Program-made: the position numbers and the translations under genes
Shown: piece after piece, positions 32,502 through 39,252 of the stretch
Layout of the letters: every line of letters begins with the position of its first letter
Numbering within the stretch: the first letter of the stretch is position 1
Notes under the pieces: model-generated
What the model was told of the DNA's origin: nothing
The model's database searches: none
Seen by the model: the letters and a program-made list of their open reading frames with translations, nothing else
Source: Patescibacteria group bacterium
GTDB lineage: Bacteria > Patescibacteriota > Doudnabacteria > UBA920
Reading direction: 5' to 3'
NCBI GenBank assembly: GCA_023487095.1
Contig: JAMDEL010000057.1
Location: forward strand, 1 to 39,252
DNA length: 39,252 nt

Positions 32502-32586
32502 TTTGAATCAAGATTAGAGAACTTTTGTTTGCCGGTCACTGTTTTTATGGTAAACGTTTGTTCACTATCTGTCAAAACCTAAAAGC

Positions 32587-32901
32587 TTAACGTACTGCCG
32601 CTAATAAACCAAAAGCCAAAGCGGTGATTACAAATAACCAGGTAATATTAGTGGCCGCTTGCCAGAGGGCTTCGGTTTTTTTGCCGGCGAGAACTAGGTA
32701 CAGTGGCCGGCCAAAAAGTAGCGAGCCGACAATTGCGGCTGACAGGCAGAAAAGCATTAAAAATAGTGCGGGTCCCCACAAGCCCGGGTTCTGGCCGCCG
32801 AACCAGTGTTCGGCGCGGGTCATCCCCCAGGCCACTAACGTGACATAAGCGGCTACGCCTGCTGCATAACCTAAGCCCTGCCAAAAAAGTTTTTTGTTCA
32901 T
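32587..32901 (-). CDS. hypothetical small membrane protein (3 predicted TM)
   Basis: 104 aa with three hydrophobic segments. No motif recognised. Confidence 0.55.
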   Translation of the reverse strand: MNKKLFWQGLGYAAGVAAYVTLVAWGMTRAEHWFGGQNPGLWGPALFLMLFCLSAAIVGSLLFGRPLYLVLAGKKTEALWQAATNITWLFVITALAFGLLAAVR

Positions 32902-32913
32902 ATGGTTGTTTAA

Positions 32914-33864
32914 TTATTTGTTATTTGGATTTAGTTCATTTAAAGCCTGCACGCTGCCAGCTAAACCAGCAAGTCGCTTTTCCATGCCCGTCATTAAGTA
33001 CCTTGCCAGGTTAAAAAAGTTGTTGAGCTCGGGTGAGTTTAGTATTTTTCCGGACTTGAAGACTACCAGGTTGCTGCCGGAAAATTCCAAGTTAAAATTT
33101 TTCCAATCCGCCAGCATTTTGGAGATGAAGTCCACGGAAAAAATTTGCAAGACCTCAATTTCGTATTTTTCTTTGGAGTACAAGTCAAACTGTTTGTCTA
33201 AATCCAGTTCCGGGTTGAGTTTAACCGGTTTCTCAAAGGACAGTTTGGGGCTAAAGCCTCCGAAATACTGAGCGTCCACTAAAAGCAGTGCGGGGGGAAG
33301 AGTGTGGTCATGGAAAATGTTTAACACGGTTGTCTGGTATGTGTGCGCGGATTTGCCGGAACCTATTGTGTACCGGTAAAAAAACAGGCTGATGGGATGG
33401 TTTTGAAACGAGCCGGTGATAATATGGCTCATGGCATGGCTGTGTCCCATAGAGAATAGCCCGCCAGTGAGGTTTTCAACAGTCCCTTTCCCCACATAAG
33501 TAAGGCCTTGGGACGCGGCAAACTGCTGCATGAAAAGTTTTTCAATTCTGGCGTAGAAAGCCGCGTATAGGCCGCCGACCAAAAATACTGGCACTAAAGC
33601 CAGGAAAATATAAATTTGTTCGGAGTCATCCTTGGGGTTGCTTAGCGCCGGACTGGTAAAAAATAAGTAGAAAAAGAAACCTGCCCACAGCAGGCTCAAA
33701 CCCAAAAAGGCGATTTTGGTGTTTTGGCTGTATTTTGACCAAAAAAGCCGGTTGGTGTCCTGGCCTACATCGCTAACCACCAGGTTTTTGGGGATGTCGC
33801 TGTCGGTCACGAGAAGTTTTTCCACTTCGTGCCTGAGCCCGGGTTTGGGTACTTCTGGAAGCAT
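32914..33864 (-). CDS. hypothetical membrane protein (two TM, then a ~190-aa soluble domain)
   Basis: 316 aa. TM pair FLGLSLLWAGFFFYLFF and IYIFLALVPVFLVGGLYAAFY. A loose resemblance to DUF3137-type architecture is unverified. Confidence 0.6.
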   Translation of the reverse strand: MLPEVPKPGLRHEVEKLLVTDSDIPKNLVVSDVGQDTNRLFWSKYSQNTKIAFLGLSLLWAGFFFYLFFTSPALSNPKDDSEQIYIFLALVPVFLVGGLYAAFYARIEKLFMQQFAASQGLTYVGKGTVENLTGGLFSMGHSHAMSHIITGSFQNHPISLFFYRYTIGSGKSAHTYQTTVLNIFHDHTLPPALLLVDAQYFGGFSPKLSFEKPVKLNPELDLDKQFDLYSKEKYEIEVLQIFSVDFISKMLADWKNFNLEFSGSNLVVFKSGKILNSPELNNFFNLARYLMTGMEKRLAGLAGSVQALNELNPNNK

Positions 33865-33867
33865 GTT

Positions 33868-34572
33868 TTAGCGTTTTAAGTAATTTTTCTTGGTTTTTTC
33901 CGGCAATCTTTCTATGGCGTATCTGAGCATGGTGCGGGGCATAATAGTCGCATGTTTATCTAAAAAGTCAGTTAGGATTTTTTGGTCGCAGCGCTTGCCT
34001 ACCTCTCTGAGCATCCAGCCGACAGCTTTATGGATAAGGTCGTGGCTGTCATTAAACAGGATTTGTGAGATGGCCAGCGCATCCCGGCTTTGGCCGCGTT
34101 TTATAAAGGCAAAAGTGGAGAGAATGGCGATTCTTTTTTCCCAGAGGTTGTGGGAGCCTGCCAGTTGATAAAGGGTTTCCCGGTCTTTTGTTAGCAGATA
34201 TTCCCCAACAATATTTGGCGCACTTAAATCCACTAAATCCCAATTGTTTATGTTGCGGGTATGTTTTAAGTAGAAGCGGAAAACTTCCCCCTTCTCATTC
34301 TCCTCCCCTTTTTGGAATTTGGCAACTAAAATTAAAATGCCCACCAGCCTTTCCTCATGGATTTTGGATTTCAGCAGCTTTTCCAGATCATTGGCAGAAA
34401 GTTCCGTCTCATATTTTTTTGCCAGCGCTCTCTGCCTGGGCACGGTTATCCCGAGAAAAATGTCGCCTTCGCCATACTCCCCTTTTCCTGTTTTAAAAAA
34501 GCTTTGGAGGACCTTGGCTTTGGCCGGGCTGCTTGCCTGGCGCAAATCGGTTTTAAGCTTTGCAAGGTTCAT
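33868..34572 (-). CDS. DNA alkylation repair protein (AlkD-like HEAT-repeat family)
   Basis: 234 aa. Motifs VLQSFFKTGKGEYGEGDIFLGI and NNWDLVDLSAPNIVG. Confidence 0.85.
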   Translation of the reverse strand: MNLAKLKTDLRQASSPAKAKVLQSFFKTGKGEYGEGDIFLGITVPRQRALAKKYETELSANDLEKLLKSKIHEERLVGILILVAKFQKGEENEKGEVFRFYLKHTRNINNWDLVDLSAPNIVGEYLLTKDRETLYQLAGSHNLWEKRIAILSTFAFIKRGQSRDALAISQILFNDSHDLIHKAVGWMLREVGKRCDQKILTDFLDKHATIMPRTMLRYAIERLPEKTKKNYLKR

Positions 34573-34575
34573 ATT

Positions 34576-35784
34576 TCAGATGCCAAAACTGGTTGGTGCT
34601 TTTTCGTCAAGCTGTTCAGCTGCCAGCTTTTTCCGGTTGGCCAAAATTAAGACAAAGGCCAGAACCATAATGCCCGCGCTTAACAGAAAAGGCCATTGAA
34701 TGTTTTTTGCGTAAAGCCAGCCGGCGATAAGCGGGCCGATGATCATGCTCAAGGACATCACCGACATCATCATGCCCAAGGTTTCGCCTTGCTTGTTGCC
34801 GCTGGCGCCTGCCATTTGGCTGGTCATGACTACGCGCAAGACCGAATGTCCGAGGGTAAACAGCACCACCCCCAGGGTAAACACTATGACCTGGCGGATG
34901 TCCATAAAGAGGAAGCCGAGGGCGACCAGCAGGAGCATGTACAGCTCAAGCTGGGGTTCTTTGAAGTTTTTAATCCAGAATTTTTTCATGAGCACGCCTT
35001 GGTTAATAGACAGAGTGATGCCCATGCCCGTAAGGAATAGCCCGGCTATGAATTCCTCATAACCGAAGGCGCGGTTTAAAAAGAGGGAAAAGACGGCCTG
35101 CTGGCAGGCCACGGCCGAGCCAAACAAAAACCATGAGACGTATCCAGGCAAAAGTTTTTTGTCCTTGGCCGCCCTAAAGATTGGAGCCAGCGGGTTGAAT
35201 TCCAAGGATTTGGTTTTGTTGCGGTTATGGTGGGTTTCGGGCAGAAAAAAGTAGGCCAAGATAGCGTTAATTGCGGCCAAAACACCCACTGTCCAGAAAG
35301 GCAGGGAGTGGGAAATCGCCCCCAAAAGTCCGCCGATTAAAGGGCCGATGGTCAGGCCGATGCCGAACATGGCGCCAATCAGTCCAAGGTTTTCTGTGCG
35401 CTCAGACTGATCTTTGGACATGTCCACGAGGTAGCTTTGTGCAGTGGAAATATTGCCCGCTGCCAAGCCGTCAATAATCCGGCCCAAAAATAGGATGGGT
35501 ATGGTCTTGGCGCCAGCAAAAATCAGCCAGCCTATGGCGGTACTTGCGATGCTGGTAATTAGAATAGGTCGGCGGCCGACAGAATCGGAGAGGGTGCCTA
35601 AAAACGGGGCACTAATAAAAGCGAAAAGGGAAAAGACCGAGAAAAGCAAGGTGACCACGGAGTCCCCGGCCCCTAAAGATTTAATATAAAAAGGCAGAAC
35701 CGGGATAACAATCCCGATTCCCAGAATATCCACAAAAACGGTCATTAAGATAATCAATTTTGGCCGGTCAAACTTTTTAAGCAT
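34576..35784 (-). CDS. MFS transporter (drug/H+ antiporter-like)
   Basis: 402 aa, about 12 TM. GTLSDSVGRRPIL motif between TM2 and TM3. Confidence 0.88.
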   Translation of the reverse strand: MLKKFDRPKLIILMTVFVDILGIGIVIPVLPFYIKSLGAGDSVVTLLFSVFSLFAFISAPFLGTLSDSVGRRPILITSIASTAIGWLIFAGAKTIPILFLGRIIDGLAAGNISTAQSYLVDMSKDQSERTENLGLIGAMFGIGLTIGPLIGGLLGAISHSLPFWTVGVLAAINAILAYFFLPETHHNRNKTKSLEFNPLAPIFRAAKDKKLLPGYVSWFLFGSAVACQQAVFSLFLNRAFGYEEFIAGLFLTGMGITLSINQGVLMKKFWIKNFKEPQLELYMLLLVALGFLFMDIRQVIVFTLGVVLFTLGHSVLRVVMTSQMAGASGNKQGETLGMMMSVMSLSMIIGPLIAGWLYAKNIQWPFLLSAGIMVLAFVLILANRKKLAAEQLDEKAPTSFGI

Positions 35785-36250
35785 TTGGGTGTGTGTCTTT
35801 TTTCATAATTTTTATAATCCAGAGTGAGAGCAAAAGCGAAATAAGGTAGAAGCTCGCCCCGGCAAAACAAGGAGTGAAAACCGGGCTTGTGGCAGGCAAG
35901 CCGTTGCAGCCCACGTAAAGGTCCGTATGAGGCTTAAGAAACTTATAAAATTCCCAGGCATTCACACTCCAGGCAAAGATGCTGCCAGCCAAAAGCAGGT
36001 AGCTCAATTTTTTTTGGCTGGCAAGACTTTGTGATTGCCACAGCCCGGCTGCCCAAACCAGCGCAATTAAAAATACAAGGGCTCCGTAAAAGCAGGGTGT
36101 CGCCAATGGGTTCGGGAAGCGGCAGCCGGAGAACTGGAAAAAGTCGCCGCCCGCGGAAAAGAAACGATTGAAATCCTCAAAGACTGTTTTCCAGGCGAAA
36201 GCGGTGCCCGCCGCTATCACCAAAAGCTGTGATAGTAAAAATTTTTTCAT
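35777..36250 (-). CDS. hypothetical 4-TM membrane protein with internally duplicated Cys-pair loops
   Basis: 157 aa. The two halves each carry C..P..LATxPCF(Y/A)GA-like loops (CRFPNPLATPCFYGA and CNGLPATSPVFTPCFAGA). Confidence 0.6.
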   Translation of the reverse strand: MKKFLLSQLLVIAAGTAFAWKTVFEDFNRFFSAGGDFFQFSGCRFPNPLATPCFYGALVFLIALVWAAGLWQSQSLASQKKLSYLLLAGSIFAWSVNAWEFYKFLKPHTDLYVGCNGLPATSPVFTPCFAGASFYLISLLLSLWIIKIMKKDTHPNA

Positions 36251-36260
36251 TTTGCAGGGG

Positions 36261-36515
36261 CTACTCTTCTGTTTTTTCCACTACAATTGTCAGGTTGGCA
36301 ACCAGGGCCGCAATCGTGCCAATGGCCGCCCAAACAGGCAAGAGGGCCACGCCAACCACGCCAACGGTCAGTGGAAACTCTACTAAGGTTTTGCCTTTTT
36401 CGTTTTTGAGTATCACCCTGCGGACATTGCCTTCTTTGACCAGTTCTTTTATTTTTTCAACCACTTTGTCGCCGGTAATCTTGTATTCTTGCCTGGTGTT
36501 TTTTCCTTTGGCCAT
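36261..36515 (-). CDS. DUF4342-like small protein
   Basis: 84 aa. VEKIKELVKEGNVRRVILKNEKGKTLVEFPLTVGVVG followed by a hydrophobic tail, the typical DUF4342 layout. Confidence 0.72.
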   Translation of the reverse strand: MAKGKNTRQEYKITGDKVVEKIKELVKEGNVRRVILKNEKGKTLVEFPLTVGVVGVALLPVWAAIGTIAALVANLTIVVEKTEE

Positions 36516-36538
36516 ATATTTATTGCTTAATTTAAATC

Positions 36539-37036
36539 TTATCTTAAGCCGTCTGGTGTTGCGTAATGTACGCCCTGCGGAAAATCTGACGTGTCATTAC
36601 CCAGGCAGAAAGTCAGGGTAAACAGCGAACCGTCGTCCGCAACATCGTACCAATAGTTGTTGTTGCCACGTCCCGGGCTGCTGGAGCAGCCGCCATCGCC
36701 CGGGTTTGGAGAGACCGGCAAGAGTGGAACGTAAGCGGGTATCATTGGTTCAGCGGCAGTGTCAAATGCGGCCGGATCGGAAAGCAGGGCACCGGTACCG
36801 GCCGATGCCACTGAGGCCGTGCCCGTTGGATAACCTGAGTGAGTAATGCTGTATTGCTCCAACGCAGTCAGCATTTGTCTCATGTCGCCAACCCGTTTGG
36901 TGTCCCTGGCTTTAGCCCGCGCGTTGTTTAAAGCCAGCATTATGACGCTGGCTAAAAGGCCAATGATGGCAATTACCACAAGCAGTTCAATCAGAGTGAA
37001 GCCTTTTTGTTGTGAGTTAGTTTTTATTTTTTTCAT
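36539..37036 (-). CDS. type IV pilin / pseudopilin with prepilin-type N-terminal cleavage-methylation signal
   Basis: 165 aa. KG|[19 protein letters not shown] class III signal. Confidence 0.85.
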   Translation of the reverse strand: MKKIKTNSQQKGFTLIELLVVIAIIGLLASVIMLALNNARAKARDTKRVGDMRQMLTALEQYSITHSGYPTGTASVASAGTGALLSDPAAFDTAAEPMIPAYVPLLPVSPNPGDGGCSSSPGRGNNNYWYDVADDGSLFTLTFCLGNDTSDFPQGVHYATPDGLR

Positions 37037-37093
37037 ATTAAAATAGCTATTTTTAGTAGCGTAATTATACCATAAAAGATTATTTTTTGTGTT

Positions 37094-38872
37094 TTAGGCA
37101 AACCCTCCGGCCTGAATCTCCCAAAGTTTTTGGTAAGTGCCTTCCTTAATCTTGAGTAATTCCGCGTGCCTGCCCTCCTCTTTTACCCTGCCATCTTCCA
37201 ACACAATAATCCTGTCCATTTGCATAATGGTGGAGAGCCGGTGGGCAATGACAATGGCCGTGCAGTTTTTCATAAGGGTCTTTAGCGCGTCCTGGATCAG
37301 CATTTCGCTTTCACTGTCCAGGGAAGAAGTGGCCTCGTCCAAAACCAGAATGGGCGCGTTTTTCAGGATAGCCCGGGCAATGGCTACGCGCTGTCTTTCC
37401 CCTCCGGAGAGCTTGACTCCCCTCTCGCCCACAAAAGTCTCGTAGGTTTTGGGCAGGCGGGAAATGAATTCGTGGCAATGTGCCAGTTTGGCCGCAGCCA
37501 ACACCTCCTCATCGCTTGCATCCCGCCGGCCGTAGCGGATATTGTCCATAAGGCTGCGGTGGAAAAGTATGGGTTCTTGCGGCACAAGCGAAATATTTTC
37601 CCGCAACGAATCCTGGGTGCAGGCATCAATGTTCTGCCCGTCAATCAGAATGGCACCCGACTTTAAATCATGAAACCTTAGAAGCAGTTTGACTATGGTG
37701 GTCTTGCCCCCGCCTGACGGGCCGACCAAAGCCACTTTTTCGCCCGGCTTGATTTTCAAATTGAGTTTTTTGAAAATTTCAATTTGGGCTTTGCCATAAG
37801 CAAAATTAATATCTTTAAAAGTTATCTCGCCATGCCTGACTGTGAGAGTTTGCGCGTTTTTTGCGTCCTGAATTCCGAGCGGCGTGTTTAAAATTTCCGT
37901 CATCTCCTGAGCATCGGCAAAGCCTTCGTAGATCCTGCGGATGTTGCGGCCCAAGTCCCAGAGGCGGTTAAAGAGCTGCAAGAGGTATGCCTGGAGCATG
38001 GCAAAATCGCCAATGCTCAAAACCCCCCTTTGCCAGAGCTTTATGGCGTAATAAAAAACAAAAAATTCTAAAGCCACCATGAGCAGGCTCTGCAAAGCTT
38101 CGTTAAGGTTGTGCAGATCCCAGGAAATCCGCGTTGCCTTATACCATTTGGCGGCCGTGTCTTTGAACTTGCGGCTTTCAAATTCGTAGCCCGTGAACAT
38201 TTTAATGTTGGTGTTGTTGGAAATCGCGTCCGCCAAAACACCGGTGGCCACAGTGTCCATTTCCGTGCGTTTGACGTCATACTTCAGCTTGTAGAGCGAA
38301 AACCAGTAATTGAAGGCAATATAGATGATGGACCAGATAATTAAGCCAAAACCCAAGACTTTGGAGCGGAACATGATTATGGTGCAGATGGCGGTGATGC
38401 GGACAAACGTCGGGATAATTGACCAGTAAAACTGGTCAGTAATCATTTCAAAGGAGCGGGAATATTTGTTGACTTTCCTGACCAGGCTGCCCGCAAAGTT
38501 GTTGGTAAAAAAACTGTAGGAGTGGCGCTGCAAATAGTCAAAGCTGGTATTCATCAAATCCCTCATGACTTTGGCCTGGAAAGCAGCCGCTCCGAAAGTC
38601 CCGACGCGCCAGAGCGCCCAGTACAAAAGGCTTAAAAGCAGGATTTGGATTAAAACCCAGACCAAGGCGTGGGTTGCCCCAAAGCCGCTTGGCAGCAAGT
38701 CAAAAAATTGTTTATAGAGCAGGGGTTTTAGGATTTCCAGACCAGCTGCCGAGAAAATTCCGGCAAGCGTAAAAGACATCAGCCAAGGATGTCTTTTTGC
38801 GTGTTGCCAATAAATTTTTATAGTCTGCTGGGTCGGTGTTTTCACAAAATTCATTTTACCAAATTTTGGCAT
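37094..38872 (-). CDS. ABC exporter, fused permease/ATPase (MsbA/MdlB-like)
   Basis: 592 aa. Six N-terminal TMs, Walker A GPSGGGKTTI, signature LSGGERQRVAIARAIL and Walker B ILVLDEATSSLD. Confidence 0.92.
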   Translation of the reverse strand: MPKFGKMNFVKTPTQQTIKIYWQHAKRHPWLMSFTLAGIFSAAGLEILKPLLYKQFFDLLPSGFGATHALVWVLIQILLLSLLYWALWRVGTFGAAAFQAKVMRDLMNTSFDYLQRHSYSFFTNNFAGSLVRKVNKYSRSFEMITDQFYWSIIPTFVRITAICTIIMFRSKVLGFGLIIWSIIYIAFNYWFSLYKLKYDVKRTEMDTVATGVLADAISNNTNIKMFTGYEFESRKFKDTAAKWYKATRISWDLHNLNEALQSLLMVALEFFVFYYAIKLWQRGVLSIGDFAMLQAYLLQLFNRLWDLGRNIRRIYEGFADAQEMTEILNTPLGIQDAKNAQTLTVRHGEITFKDINFAYGKAQIEIFKKLNLKIKPGEKVALVGPSGGGKTTIVKLLLRFHDLKSGAILIDGQNIDACTQDSLRENISLVPQEPILFHRSLMDNIRYGRRDASDEEVLAAAKLAHCHEFISRLPKTYETFVGERGVKLSGGERQRVAIARAILKNAPILVLDEATSSLDSESEMLIQDALKTLMKNCTAIVIAHRLSTIMQMDRIIVLEDGRVKEEGRHAELLKIKEGTYQKLWEIQAGGFA

Positions 38873-38954
38873 AAAATTGAAGCTTTTTGCCGTTTGACCA
38901 AAATTGGCAAGTCTGGTAGCTTAAAGGCACTCTAAAACCAACAAGGAGGGCTTA

Positions 38955-39252
38955 ATGCCCTATATTCCAGAGACTGTTGCAACTACTGAATTGAGCGAAA
39001 AGCTCGCACACTACCTTGGCTCGCCCCGCCGAGGCAAGGTGCGCGACACCTACCAACTGCCTGGCTACGACGGCATTTTACTGCCCGTGGCCTCTGACCG
39101 CGTGAGCATCTTTGACTTTGTCTTGGGGTCTTTGATTCCGGACAAAGGCGCAGTGCTTACCGCCCTGACCATCATGTGGCTGACCGTGGCCCGCATCCTG
39201 AAAGACACGCCGCACCATCTACTAGCTTTCGGCCGCGGCATTGACGAATACC
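38955..39252 (+). CDS. purC: SAICAR synthase (phosphoribosylaminoimidazole-succinocarboxamide synthase), 5' part only
   Basis: ATG 38955 with AAGGAGGG SD 6 nt upstream. GKVRDTY and VASDRVSIFDFVL..IPDKGAVLT are long-type PurC motifs. Open to the window edge. Confidence 0.82.
   Translation, partial: MPYIPETVATTELSEKLAHYLGSPRRGKVRDTYQLPGYDGILLPVASDRVSIFDFVLGSLIPDKGAVLTALTIMWLTVARILKDTPHHLLAFGRGIDEY

Noticed and set aside
1-39252. Mobile elements, CRISPR arrays, tRNA/rRNA genes, toxin-antitoxin or known defence systems
   Set aside because: No transposase, integrase or recombinase motifs were seen. There are no arrays of spaced direct repeats and no tRNA-like T-arm sequences in intergenic gaps. 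No recognisable defence-gene signatures were found in any frame.

Overview
Gene-dense 39.25-kb bacterial chromosomal fragment with about 48 protein-coding genes. I found no rRNA, tRNA, CRISPR array, transposase or integrase. The standard genetic code applies: TGA is used as a stop, and an intact RF2 with SPF and GGQ motifs is present. The content is mostly housekeeping: prfB, ftsEX, rplI, pyrG, rpmA, gltX, def, fmt, queA, hup, rarA, mltG and a cysteine desulfurase. This sits alongside a type IV pilin, a T4SS-type pilin-like protein, several small membrane hypotheticals and three NUDIX domains. The overall style is reminiscent of a small-genome Patescibacteria/CPR-like bacterium, but that is inference only. 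Items worth a second look:
1. 431-6710: a tightly packed ten-gene deoxynucleotide and thymidylate cluster (dcd, folA, HAD, deoxyribosyltransferase-like, NUDIX, thyA, CYTH, HD, dNMP-kinase-like, tmk). It is arranged around back-to-back leaderless promoters.
2. 15088-15576: a 489-nt non-coding gap holding a helix-rich, roughly 400-nt candidate structured RNA. It has promoter-like and terminator-like signals, and I could not assign it to any known family.
3. 30068-30611: a GC-rich orphan gene cassette with a private promoter, a strong SD, an in-frame 3-codon mini-ORF and tandem terminal hairpins.
4. 17507-19817: a T4SS-pilin-like protein fused to a LAS/M15-like peptidase domain, next to a coiled-coil M23 peptidase.
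5. 21355-22695: a TagA/WecG glycosyltransferase fused to a NUDIX domain.
6. 23540-24643: an active plus degenerate DEDDh exonuclease pair inserted between def and fmt.
7. 9930-10056: a promoter, structured leader and terminator unit immediately upstream of rplI.
All family assignments come from motif recognition by eye. No database search was run.
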